Notes under the pieces: generated by a model
The model's input: only the letters and a program-made list of their open reading frames with translations
Database searches by the model: none
Told to the model about the DNA's origin: nothing
In this document: one piece after another, positions 11,254-21,364 of the stretch
Layout: each line of letters starts with the position of its first letter
Numbering within the stretch: position 1 is the first letter of the stretch
Made by a program: the position numbers and the translations under genes
DNA from: an uncultured Opitutales bacterium
Lineage (GTDB): Bacteria > Verrucomicrobiota > Verrucomicrobiia > Opitutales > UBA2987
NCBI GenBank assembly: GCA_964542645.1
Contig: CAZIUG010000008.1
Coordinates: forward strand, 516,338 to 580,337
Direction: 5' to 3'
Length of the DNA stretch: 64,000 nt

Positions 11254-12201
11254 TCAATGCAAGTGAAGGGAGGTATCATACTCCACACGTACATTGGGAA
11301 TAGAACAGAATACAGACGCCAACTCCTGCAAACTCGATGCTCCAATGGCAACCAAAGCTCCCACTACTTGCGGATCAATAGTTCCCTCCCAACACTCAAC
11401 GTAAAGCTCTCTACCAACCCTTTCAACGTGTAGGATTCTTCCTGCTTCTGCACGGACAAAGCCCTTTAGACGCACCAAGGTTTCAGGCAGTGCACGCATT
11501 GCCTCCTCCAGAGCTACCTGATCGACTGGATCAGGGAAAAAAATACGACAACTTTTCCATCCAATGGGAGGTCCCGTGTCGGCTGTATCTAGATTTCGTA
11601 CTCGCTGTGCCGCCAAGGTCAGCTCTTCTATTTCCACTCGGCAGTAATTAGCCACGATAATTGGAGCTAATGGATTCACCTCACGCACTGCGTTTCGTGC
11701 TGTGCGACGACACTCTTCAGTTGCCTCGTCATAGTGATTCATTAAGATAATATCTGCCCCCTTAACCTGGTTATCTATCTGCACAATAGCACCGCGAGAG
11801 GCAACGTGCCGCAGAGTGTGAACAACAGTGATTTGGCGATTCAGTTCGACCCATTCATTCAAAGGTTCACTCTCCAAAATCTGTGCAATTCTAGCAGGAT
11901 TCGAAATTCCAGATGCCTCTAGCACAACACGGTTAAACGGAGCCGCTTCAGACTGAAGAAGATCTTCCAATCCGAGCAACAACTCGTCCTGAATATCGCA
12001 GCAGACACAACCCCCAGGCAATTCAAGCAAACCTGATGCCGTATCAGCCATTCGCTGCGCATCGACCGAAACCATGCCGAGGTCATTGACCACAATCGCT
12101 ACACGCTCCCCCGCCCAATTTCTCGTCATAAGGCGACTGATCAAAGTCGTCTTACCTGAGCCCAGGAATCCCGTGACTAACCAAATTGGTGTTCGGAACA
12201 T
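11254..12201 (-). CDS. CobW/COG0523 family GTP-dependent metallochaperone
   Basis: TGFLGSGKTT, VNDLG, GGCVCC, EASG, RLKGFV. Confidence 0.9.
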   Translation of the reverse strand: MFRTPIWLVTGFLGSGKTTLISRLMTRNWAGERVAIVVNDLGMVSVDAQRMADTASGLLELPGGCVCCDIQDELLLGLEDLLQSEAAPFNRVVLEASGISNPARIAQILESEPLNEWVELNRQITVVHTLRHVASRGAIVQIDNQVKGADIILMNHYDEATEECRRTARNAVREVNPLAPIIVANYCRVEIEELTLAAQRVRNLDTADTGPPIGWKSCRIFFPDPVDQVALEEAMRALPETLVRLKGFVRAEAGRILHVERVGRELYVECWEGTIDPQVVGALVAIGASSLQELASVFCSIPNVRVEYDTSLHLH

Positions 12202-12231
12202 ACTCAGACAATCACACCTCTGGCGTCCTCC

Positions 12232-13200
12232 TTATTCGCGTTTAAGACTAGTCAGATCAAAGGGGTTCGACCAGGCTTTAGAGCCATCCGGACCAATTAT
12301 CTCAAACCGCACCCAACGTGCATTTGGTCTTAAGGTGAAAGTTGCAGTCTCGAAGGTCTCTCCTGGTTTCCGATATTCCGTACCGTACACATCATGGACA
12401 GCTGTGACTCCCTGGGCCTCCGTTGAACATACAGTCGCTTCCACCAATTGGTCTTGATCCCCACACCGATCGATACGACGAAGATCGATATTATGTATCT
12501 CAGGCCCAGTACTGCCGTAACTCGTGCCGTTTTGCAGAGCCTCGCATATAGCCTCTGGCGTGCGTTCTTTAACCCGGACCATAGTCCATCCCTGGTAGGT
12601 ATCATTCCTCTCGTTATCTAAACTATGGGCGTCGTCATCAGCCAGAGCAGGGTAGAGGCGATTCTCAAGCTCCATCCAATCGTCCCAAATAACAGACGAC
12701 TCACCACGCCCGTGAGTCCGACAGATCGTATTGAAGACCTCCACTCCCGAAAACCCGTTCAGGGGAAGTGTATCACGCATGATCTTGACAGAACTCCAAT
12801 GGGGATGGGCAAGCCAAACTGAGCCTCCCTGCTCATTGACACGATCGATCACGTGCTGGGGAGCCATATTCTCAGAATCCATGTCTTCGTGAATATTGAG
12901 ACAGACGAAGTGATGAACCTGACCTCCGAATGGATTTTTTGGATGCAACTCAGCACCCTGTATCAGCACGAAATCATTCGGTGCTTTGACCGTCTCGATG
13001 CGAGTGATGGTATAGTGGTCAGAAAGGCAGAGGAAGTCATACTCATGTTCAACATATCCGTCCAGTCGCTGCTGAGGCGTCGGCCTGCCGTCAGAATTAG
13101 TCGTATGGGAATGTAAATTGCCCTTAAGCCAGAAATACCCATCAGCCGAACTCAACCCAAATGGGCTTGTTAGAGAATTATCAGGATTGTTCATCTTCAT
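12232..13200 (-). CDS. PHP-fold CehA/McbA family metallohydrolase
   Basis: KGNLHSHTTNSDG, LSDH, AHPHWS, DDAH, AWSNP. Confidence 0.85.
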   Translation of the reverse strand: MKMNNPDNSLTSPFGLSSADGYFWLKGNLHSHTTNSDGRPTPQQRLDGYVEHEYDFLCLSDHYTITRIETVKAPNDFVLIQGAELHPKNPFGGQVHHFVCLNIHEDMDSENMAPQHVIDRVNEQGGSVWLAHPHWSSVKIMRDTLPLNGFSGVEVFNTICRTHGRGESSVIWDDWMELENRLYPALADDDAHSLDNERNDTYQGWTMVRVKERTPEAICEALQNGTSYGSTGPEIHNIDLRRIDRCGDQDQLVEATVCSTEAQGVTAVHDVYGTEYRKPGETFETATFTLRPNARWVRFEIIGPDGSKAWSNPFDLTSLKRE

Positions 13201-13290
13201 TTTTTCCTATCTTTAGTAATTGCAAAACAGTGAGTATAACCTACATCGCGTGATTCCTTGTCAACGGAACCTGAATCGCGGAAAGCTAAG

Positions 13291-14187
13291 CTAACTCGAC
13301 TTTAATTTTCTTGAGATTTTGCGTCCAATGTTTGCTTGTTCTTCGCCTCCTCCAGAAATAATTCTAACACCCCAATCCATTAGGAATCTGACCTGAGCTT
13401 CAGTATCTAACGAAGGATCATTCCAAGAACTCAAGAATGCGACTCCCGCTCTGTCGCAAGCAAATTTTACTATATTTCTTGCGGAGTCTACTTCGGCTGG
13501 ATACGGTGGATCGTGAGCATCCGAGTGTCCAAACGACATGCCCATGTCGCCAGGTCCCCATTCGGCAAAAGCAATACCTGGTACATTTGCGATATACCTT
13601 GCATTCGCCGCACCCTCTCTGTCTTCAATCTTTAGACCTAATAACAATTCTCCGTCTGGATTGAGAGGCCATGGATCAGCTAATTTGGTGTATTCCTGGG
13701 GCGTAAGCCCCCAGATACCAGCCGCGAAACCCTGACCTCCAGCTCCCCGCTGACCCTGCTGTAATCCACCTCCAAGACCCGCCTCCTGGAATGGATAGCG
13801 ACATTCCTCAACAAACGCCTGGACTGCGTTCGCTTGCCTTGCATGGGTGTGAAGGACACCCATACAGCCAGAGGCAAGGACTTGCCGTATCTGCCATGAA
13901 TTAGATCGAACCTCGTCTACAGTCTTAGCATTAGAGGGTAGCGTAACGATGACAGGAGGTAGGCGGTGGCCCGATCTAGTAGGACCGCCATCAACGAGCC
14001 CCTGTAAAAATAGCCGAAGTCCCTTTATATCAAACGGGCTGTGTTCGAAATCAACGAGAAGGAAATCTGCCCATGTATTTGTTTGCTTCTTCCCATTTTC
14101 GTAACTCAGTTCACCGGGTCCAGTATAGTACAGATACTCCCCTTGCTCCAATAATTCAATACTTCGATTTATTCGCTTTCTAGCCAT
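13291..14187 (-). CDS. HpcH/HpaI aldolase family protein
   Basis: DFEHSP, GQRGAG, LKIEDREG, EWGPGDMGMSFG. Confidence 0.8.
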   Translation of the reverse strand: MARKRINRSIELLEQGEYLYYTGPGELSYENGKKQTNTWADFLLVDFEHSPFDIKGLRLFLQGLVDGGPTRSGHRLPPVIVTLPSNAKTVDEVRSNSWQIRQVLASGCMGVLHTHARQANAVQAFVEECRYPFQEAGLGGGLQQGQRGAGGQGFAAGIWGLTPQEYTKLADPWPLNPDGELLLGLKIEDREGAANARYIANVPGIAFAEWGPGDMGMSFGHSDAHDPPYPAEVDSARNIVKFACDRAGVAFLSSWNDPSLDTEAQVRFLMDWGVRIISGGGEEQANIGRKISRKLKSS

Positions 14188-14383
14188 TCTATTTTCCCGT
14201 TAAAGTTTAGTTATTTTTCTATCTTCATAGCGTCCTTCGTGTACAAGGACCCATACCACATCCAGGTCTAAAATAACACATTGGGTGATTATGGTAAAAA
14301 ATCTGAGCTTCCTGCAAGAGTCTCTTTTTCACCGGAAAAGAAAATGTGGACCTTTTAGCGACTAATTCTTAATATTCTGGGTC

Positions 14384-15466
14384 ATGAAAAGATTTAAAGC
14401 CGCACTAATCGGTTGCAGCCGAATGGGAGCATTTATCGACAATGAAATGCCAAAAGGAGGAAGACCAGGTGCATACTCGCATGCTGCTGGCTATGAAGCC
14501 TGCAACCGCACCGAATTGGTGGCCTGTTCCGATCTCCGCACCGAGGTTTTGGAGCAAACCGGTCTCCGCTACAACGTTCCGAAGCAAAAACAGTACCTCG
14601 ACTACAAGGAAATGATCGATCGAGAGCAGCCCGAGATCATCAGCATCGCTACCCAACCCGAGCATAGGAGTGAAATCGTTATCTACGCTGCAGAGCACGG
14701 AGCTAAGGCTATATATGCAGAGAAAGCAATGGCAGCTTCAATGACGGATGCCGACGCCATTGTCGAAGCAGTGGAAAAGAACAACGTCTTCTTTAACATG
14801 GGCACTAACCGGCGATGGGATCCTGGTTATGATACTATGAAGGCCGTTATCGATAGCGGACGCATCGGCAATCTAATAGCCCTGGTCATCCACTCAACCG
14901 GCCATCTTTTTAACACGGCTAGCCATAGTTTCGATCTCTTGCAACGGCTAAACTCGGACTGCCCTGTATCCTGGGTTCAGGCCCATCTTCCAAACGGGGA
15001 TGAAGTCATCGACGGAGAAAGGCTGATAGAAGATCCGATAGGCCACGGTATTCTACAGTTTGAGAACGGAGTGACGGCCTACGCACTAAATACCGGTCGT
15101 GGAATGGAAGTGGAAGCCCACGGTAACCACGGTTGTGTAATGTCGCGAAGCAACGAAAAAGAATGGCTTTTGCGCGAATCGAGCAATACGGATTACAGGG
15201 GGCGAGATGTTCTGGTTGATGGAGAATTTCCTACTTTTAAACCAGATAGTTCGACGCGACTTTTGATCGAAGATCTGGTCCATTCAGTTGAATCAGGTCA
15301 ACCCCCTCGAGGAGGAGTCCGTCTGGCACGAGCCAATACCGAGCTGATCTTTGCATTTATCAAATCGCACCTTCAAGGTGGAGCTCGCATTGATCTCCCT
15401 TTAAGTAGAAGTCGGCATCGCCTGATGCGCAATCGGGAACCACGCCAGCCAAAGTATCAGCGGTAG
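14384..15466 (+). CDS. Gfo/Idh/MocA family oxidoreductase
   Basis: ALIGCSRMG, AEKAMA, NRRW, ASHSFD. Confidence 0.88.
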   Translation: MKRFKAALIGCSRMGAFIDNEMPKGGRPGAYSHAAGYEACNRTELVACSDLRTEVLEQTGLRYNVPKQKQYLDYKEMIDREQPEIISIATQPEHRSEIVIYAAEHGAKAIYAEKAMAASMTDADAIVEAVEKNNVFFNMGTNRRWDPGYDTMKAVIDSGRIGNLIALVIHSTGHLFNTASHSFDLLQRLNSDCPVSWVQAHLPNGDEVIDGERLIEDPIGHGILQFENGVTAYALNTGRGMEVEAHGNHGCVMSRSNEKEWLLRESSNTDYRGRDVLVDGEFPTFKPDSSTRLLIEDLVHSVESGQPPRGGVRLARANTELIFAFIKSHLQGGARIDLPLSRSRHRLMRNREPRQPKYQR

Positions 15467-15680
15467 CTTGGAGGTTTTAAGACAACTATAAAAAAGGAGC
15501 CTTTATCTTCAGAATAGGAAGTCTCCTTGGTATTTCCCCGCCACCTTGTATCCTAAATCGAAGCTTCAGATTGATTTGGAGACCATCTTATCCGAATACT
15601 CCAATATCCAAGATTGGCCGTACAGATCTCCTAAGTAGTCGAAAACCTCAACCAACAGCAAAGTTTAATCCAACTGGACT

Positions 15681-16511
15681 CTACCCTCTTCGAATCGATG
15701 TAAACCGTTCTGTTTGCTTTGTTATAGCGCGTTCCGTAGGCAACCGCTCCATTGAACTTGCACCATAAAAGCCATCAATATTGGTACATCTTTTAATTAT
15801 AAAGGAAGCGTCTTCTGGTTCCGCGATAGGGCCTCCGTGGCATAGCACAATGACATCTTCACGTATAGCCTTAGCTGTCCCAATGATGTCGTTAATAGGT
15901 TCGACACAATCTTCCAGCGTCAAGGCCGTCTTAGCTCCAATTGAACCCGAAGTCGTCAGGCCCATGTGCGCAACCAAGATGTCCGCTCCAGCTTCGGTCA
16001 TCGCTCGGGATTCATCAGTATTAAAAACATAGGGAGTGGTCAGTAGCTCCAGATCGTGGGCGATCCGAATCATATCGACCTCTTTGTCGTATCCCATATT
16101 AGTCTCCTCCAGATTAGCTCTAAGGGTACCATCAACCAGACCAACAGTGGGAAAGTTCTGTACTCCGGCGAATCCAATCGCTTTTACCTCTGCCAAGAAA
16201 TGACCCATTCTCCGCATTGGATCGGTTCCACAGACTCCGGCCAAGACCGGAGTCTCCCGCGTCACTGGCAACACCTCATTAGCCATTTCCATGACAATGG
16301 CATTAGCATCACCATAGGGCATTACCCCAGCTAATGAACCATGTCCCGCCATACGAAAGCGCCCTGAGTTGTAGATAACAATTAGATCGATACCACCAGC
16401 CTCCTCACATTTCGCCGAAATACCAGTTCCAGCACCGCCTCCAATGATGGGTAACCCTTTGCTGATTTTCTTCCGAAGCCTTGAAAGGATCTCTGAACGT
16501 GTCTGCGCCAT
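15681..16511 (-). CDS. TIM-barrel signal-transduction / phosphoenolpyruvate hydrolase-like protein
   Basis: [54 protein letters not shown]. Confidence 0.88.
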   Translation of the reverse strand: MAQTRSEILSRLRKKISKGLPIIGGGAGTGISAKCEEAGGIDLIVIYNSGRFRMAGHGSLAGVMPYGDANAIVMEMANEVLPVTRETPVLAGVCGTDPMRRMGHFLAEVKAIGFAGVQNFPTVGLVDGTLRANLEETNMGYDKEVDMIRIAHDLELLTTPYVFNTDESRAMTEAGADILVAHMGLTTSGSIGAKTALTLEDCVEPINDIIGTAKAIREDVIVLCHGGPIAEPEDASFIIKRCTNIDGFYGASSMERLPTERAITKQTERFTSIRRG

Positions 16512-16712
16512 AATCTATAATACTGTATTTAGAATGTCACTGATCCAAAATTGCAATACCGATAGTAATTCTCAGGCTGTCTATACATAATCGGGTTAAC
16601 CGAATGATCATTGAAATGCTTACCGAGACCCGATCAGCCGAACTTTCTCTCTAAAGTTACGCGGTCCCAGAAGATGGAATACAAGAAACCCGTTTTTCCT
16701 CTACTGGAGGAT

Positions 16713-17921
16713 TCATTTGAGATTCACCATCAACTCATCGGCGCATCGGACCGCAAATACTGAATCATTGATCTCGCAGTCCATTTCAACGACTTTGATA
16801 TCTTCGCGCAAATTCGATTTCAAAGTCTCACAAAATGCAATATTCGCCTCAGGGAGATAAAAGTCCTCTCCTTCCAAATCGATCATACTGAATCCTTTGA
16901 GAGGCAACAAAACAGTGACAGGAGCTGTGCTCTGATTCAACTTCTCAGCCATTACTTTGCCCAGCATACAACACTCCTCAACAGTAGTCCGCATCAGGGT
17001 AATGTTTGGATTATGCTGATAGAACTTTCGGTCCTTGTATTTTTCCGGAACGGTATTAGGCGCCCCCCAATTTACCATATCTAAACAACCAGGTGCGATA
17101 ATTGCAGGCACTCCGAACTTTGCAGCCGCTTCCAGACGAGTCGGCCCCGAAGAAAAAACACCTCCTGCAATTTCATCTGCCCATTCTGTTGTAGTCATAT
17201 CAAGGACACCTTCGATCTGGCCAGATTCGATCAGGCTTTCCATGGTTAACCCCCCAGTTCCGGTGCAATGGAAGACCAGAACTTCATAGCCAGCATCTTC
17301 GAGGATCTCGCGAGCACAGTTGACTGCTTGGGTCGTATTACCAAACATTGTAGCAGCAATTAAAGGCTTATCACTCCCTTCCGAAACCTCAGTCTCTACC
17401 ATCCCACAAATTGCTCCAGCCGCCTGCATGAAGATTTCCCTACTAATTCTGTTGATACCTGCCACATCAACAATGCTGGGAATCATGACGATATCTTTTA
17501 CACCCACATAACCCGATACATCTGTTCCCGCCGCCGTTGATACCATCACCTTCGGAACACCTAGCGGCAGGGCACGCATAGCCCCACATGCTACTGAAGT
17601 TCCACCAGTTCCTCCCATAGCCATTACAGCATCAAATTTACCCTCAGCATAGAGTTGTGGCAATAACACCGCCGCTCCATCACTCATGGCCGCTACTGCT
17701 CGCCCACGATCCCGTTCCCTTATCAAGAGCCTCAGATCGATGCCAGCTGCCTCTGCTACCCTCTCTCGCGTTTCATCCGGGTTAATTAAAGGAGATTCCA
17801 AAACACCGACATCGATCAGTAGCACATTATGCCCGCGAGCTTCTATAGCATCTCGCAGGAATCCATATTCCACTCCTTTGGTATCGAGAGACCCAATTAA
17901 GGCTATTGTCTTTCCAGCCAT
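16713..17921 (-). CDS. Tm-1-like ATP-binding domain protein (UPF0261)
   Basis: GSLDTKG, GGTGGT, PKVMVST, DVAGIN, TMFGNTT, FHCTGTGG, HNPNITLMRT; ATG at 17921 preferred. Confidence 0.9.
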   Translation of the reverse strand: MAGKTIALIGSLDTKGVEYGFLRDAIEARGHNVLLIDVGVLESPLINPDETRERVAEAAGIDLRLLIRERDRGRAVAAMSDGAAVLLPQLYAEGKFDAVMAMGGTGGTSVACGAMRALPLGVPKVMVSTAAGTDVSGYVGVKDIVMIPSIVDVAGINRISREIFMQAAGAICGMVETEVSEGSDKPLIAATMFGNTTQAVNCAREILEDAGYEVLVFHCTGTGGLTMESLIESGQIEGVLDMTTTEWADEIAGGVFSSGPTRLEAAAKFGVPAIIAPGCLDMVNWGAPNTVPEKYKDRKFYQHNPNITLMRTTVEECCMLGKVMAEKLNQSTAPVTVLLPLKGFSMIDLEGEDFYLPEANIAFCETLKSNLREDIKVVEMDCEINDSVFAVRCADELMVNLK

Positions 17922-18441
17922 CCTGATATCATTTGTGCTTGCCCGTTGAGGTTCACAACCGGAAACCATTTTATCCCAATCGAAAAATAAAGCACACGCC
18001 GATCCACCATTATTGTAGGCGGAAAAACAGATCTACAAAATGCTCTAATATTCTTAGCATTGAGACTTCGGCCTTGTGGGATAATTTCATCCATCTCACT
18101 TTTGCATTTCGCACTAACTAGCACCATGCCATCTCAATACGAACAACAAAGACACCGTAAAGCGTCGTTATAAAGAACAATTTTTAGAAATGTCATCTGA
18201 TTCTATAAAACTTCAACCCCGTTCTAGAATTCCGGTCCATTGTTTTTGCACTTTTAATAAGTAACAAACTTGAGAATCCAGTTTTTCCTGATCCATACTA
18301 CTCTGAAACAGAACTAGTAATCGGTTCTGACTCCGAAAGTAGACATCTTTCTCAATTGGGAAAAGACCAAAGTCTATTCTTCATTAGACTGGCTGTGATC
18401 TCTTGACGACACAAGCACGCTAACCAATACTAACCATTCCA

Positions 18442-19449
18442 ATGAGATCCGTTATTTGCGTGCACGAAAGCTACGACGCACACTGGCCGTTCACAGCCGA
18501 TCATTGGTACGAACGCTGGCAAAAAGAGGGCGGGTGCGAACTCTATCGGACTGAAGACAAAGGTGCTCGTGTGCCCAATCTCGTACAGGATCCCCAGACA
18601 GTCCAGCGTCTAGTCCTCCTCGGTATCTCCGTCGAGAGTGGGGATCTCAAGCTATTCACCACCCTTAAAGAATGCTACGCTTCAGAAACTTACTTTGGTG
18701 GTTCAAGTAAGGGAATTGAAGAAGCCAAGGCACGCAATGTAACAATTTACTCCCCTCGTGGAGACATTCAATGGGGCCAGACTGTGGCGGAATACGCGCT
18801 AGGCTTAACTCTATGTGCCCTGCGACGTATCCCTCACACTTCGACAGCGATGATTAAAGGTCACGAAACATGGGAATACATTCCTAAGGTTGGGAAACCC
18901 GGCCAACGCGGAGCACAGTTCGGTGACACCAAAGACTTCGTCAGCGGAACCCTTCAAGGTAAGAGAGTACGCATTGTTGGGATTGGAAATATCGGGGGTC
19001 GCTACGCAAAATGGTGTGCCATGATGGGAGCTCAGGTCTCTGTCTGGGATCCATTCGCTTCTGATGCTTCATTTGACATCGCAGGCGTCACAAGGTGTTT
19101 CTTTCTGTCCGAACTAGTCAAAGATGCAGAGATATTTGCACCCATCGTTCCACTTACAAAGAGTACAACCGGACTAATTACGGCGGCACACATCAACGCC
19201 ATTCCGGACCAAAGTCTCGTAGTTCAGGTAACGCGTGCTGCTGTTTGCAACACCGAGGCCCTCTACAAACGGGTACTTAAAGATGAATTATTCCTGGCTG
19301 CCGATGTTTTTGATAAGGAACCCGTACCTCTGGATTCACCCCTCCTCGGTCGGCATAATGTCGTTCATACTCCGCACAACGCGGGCCGAACGATCGACGC
19401 AAACCGTGCTCGCGCCGACGACGCGATTGCAAGATTCAAACCGAGATGA
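18442..19449 (+). CDS. D-isomer-specific 2-hydroxyacid dehydrogenase
   Basis: VAEYALGL, GIGNIG, VTRA, DVFDKEP, TPHNAG. Confidence 0.88.
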   Translation: MRSVICVHESYDAHWPFTADHWYERWQKEGGCELYRTEDKGARVPNLVQDPQTVQRLVLLGISVESGDLKLFTTLKECYASETYFGGSSKGIEEAKARNVTIYSPRGDIQWGQTVAEYALGLTLCALRRIPHTSTAMIKGHETWEYIPKVGKPGQRGAQFGDTKDFVSGTLQGKRVRIVGIGNIGGRYAKWCAMMGAQVSVWDPFASDASFDIAGVTRCFFLSELVKDAEIFAPIVPLTKSTTGLITAAHINAIPDQSLVVQVTRAAVCNTEALYKRVLKDELFLAADVFDKEPVPLDSPLLGRHNVVHTPHNAGRTIDANRARADDAIARFKPR

Positions 19450-19464
19450 AGCCTGAATCTGCAA

Positions 19465-20214
19465 TCAAAGTTTGAGCAACCTCTTTGCGTTCTCACCTAA
19501 AATTAACCGTTTGGCCTCATCATCAATGGCTGCCGTTATGATTTTCCCCATCTGGGGACGTGGGTCCATCAACGGAGTATCGGAGCCAAAAAGAACCCGC
19601 TCAGCTCCTACACCATCTACCAATTCTTCAACTACTCCTGGGGTGCGAAAAGTGGAACAAGTTTCCAGGTAGACGTTATCCCATTCCTGCGCTGCTTTAA
19701 TAGCTTGGCTACGGTAAGGCTCGCAGTTGCCTGCATGACCTGCTACAAATTTCACCTTGGGAAATCTAGGCGCAACCTCTAGAAGATGGCATGGCTCAGC
19801 CGTCTTTTCCGGACCCGTATGAAGAATTACAGCTAATTCCCTCTCGTTGGCGAAGGCATAAATCGGATCCCAAATGGATTCACAAAGCAAGTAAGGCGTG
19901 TAGGGAGGATAAAGCTTGATTGCCAAAAACCCGAGCTGATCGATAGCTCGTTCGAGCTCAGGCACCATTAAATCGGGAAGGAGAGGAGAAACATATGCAA
20001 ACCCAATAAATCGACTTGGATTACGAGCTACAAAGTCAGCAGTCTCATTATTTCCTGTTCTTCCATCCGGATGGAAAATGTTGAAGACGCAACTTCGATC
20101 AATTCCAATAGCATCCATCGCGTGGAGCATTTTTTTTGGATCGTCCACTACTTGGAGATCATCCCACCGTCCCACGTGCCCGTGAAAATCAATGACTTCG
20201 CTTCCTTCGATCAT
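19465..20214 (-). CDS. Amidohydrolase_2 family protein
   Basis: IDFHGH, KLYP, ILHTG, GHAG, LFGSD; ATG at 20214 overlaps upstream stop (ATGA). Confidence 0.88.
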   Translation of the reverse strand: MIEGSEVIDFHGHVGRWDDLQVVDDPKKMLHAMDAIGIDRSCVFNIFHPDGRTGNNETADFVARNPSRFIGFAYVSPLLPDLMVPELERAIDQLGFLAIKLYPPYTPYLLCESIWDPIYAFANERELAVILHTGPEKTAEPCHLLEVAPRFPKVKFVAGHAGNCEPYRSQAIKAAQEWDNVYLETCSTFRTPGVVEELVDGVGAERVLFGSDTPLMDPRPQMGKIITAAIDDEAKRLILGENAKRLLKL

Positions 20215-20963
20215 TTTCCACCCTGTAGTATACGTTCCAAATTTCCCGCGCAAATGGCCGATAAATCTTTATCGTCGATATCAACGTGGTGCAAATAGTA
20301 CAACACTGGGCCCATCGCATACCGAGGGAAATAGGATCCATAGAGCAACCGTTTGGCGCCAAACTGCTTTGTCAGTTTCTCGATGCCGGCAAGATTCTCG
20401 AACCGGCTCAACTCTAAGAAAGCATTTGGTAACTTACACAACATCGGAGCCAAAACCGCAGAATGCACATAATGTGCCCCAACAAGCACAGTAACAAGCT
20501 CAGGAAACTTTGGAAGCGTATCCATAATCTGCGCTGGCGATAAGTCAGCCAAGGATACCCAAAGTGGTATCTTTTCAGACGAAAGCCATTCCAGAAGAGG
20601 GCCGTAAAGCCAATCAACAAAAGGAATTTCGTCTCTCAACGGCGAGCTATGGAGACGCACGCTTTTTACCATTTTGGAAGCGTGATACTCTGCTAACTGC
20701 CGAAGCACATCGTTTCCGCTACCGGCACACCACTGCAGCTGGAATGCCTCATTATCCCAATCCTGCAATGCTTCATTCGCCCAGATAGAACTAATAGCCT
20801 CACCCTGAACATGATAGATCAAGGCCTTATGTACCCCATGGCGCTGCATCTCTTCAACAACCCCATTCGCATCCGAGTAAGGCAGAACCCTATCGTGGCG
20901 ATGTCCCACTCCAACGTTGGCATCAAACACCGAGACTCGTGACTGGAAATTCAAGGAAGTCAT
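20211..20963 (-). CDS. Amidohydrolase_2-like protein with degenerate metal site
   Basis: FDANVGVG in place of DxHxH; LLYGSYFP in place of GSD; GNLERIL tail. Confidence 0.75.
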   Translation of the reverse strand: MTSLNFQSRVSVFDANVGVGHRHDRVLPYSDANGVVEEMQRHGVHKALIYHVQGEAISSIWANEALQDWDNEAFQLQWCAGSGNDVLRQLAEYHASKMVKSVRLHSSPLRDEIPFVDWLYGPLLEWLSSEKIPLWVSLADLSPAQIMDTLPKFPELVTVLVGAHYVHSAVLAPMLCKLPNAFLELSRFENLAGIEKLTKQFGAKRLLYGSYFPRYAMGPVLYYLHHVDIDDKDLSAICAGNLERILQGGK

Positions 20964-20989
20964 TTTCTAAAAGGTTGAAAAGAGAACGT

Positions 20990-21256
20990 TCATCTCCGCT
21001 GCTCAGTCAGTGGCCATTCTGGATCCTTAAGCGCTTCGTAAATGACACCTCCCTCAACGTGTTTAGGCATTGGGGCACCGATCAAATAAAAAACGGGTGG
21101 CGAAACATCTACTACTCGGATCTGACGCTGAAGCTTCCCCACCGAACTGACCTCAGCACCAGCCATAATAAAAGTCGAATGCTGTCCTGTCATTCCGAAT
21201 TCCATACTGGCACCATCCATGCCAACAATAATGGCGCGTTTCGCTGGACTATTCAT
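20990..21256 (-). pseudogene. Internally deleted alkaline phosphatase/nucleotide pyrophosphatase family gene
   Basis: 88 aa: N-terminal AIIVGMDGA joined directly to C-terminal STFIMAG...IRVVDVSP...GAPMP..VEGGVI; central catalytic region absent. Confidence 0.7.
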
Positions 21257-21364
21257 GTAATGATTCTTCCAGTTCCAACATTGAAACCAATGTCATTAGG
21301 CGTTTTCTCAAAGCTTTGACCCCTACCTCTATACTAGTGATCTTCCCTTTGCAATCTAGATTCC

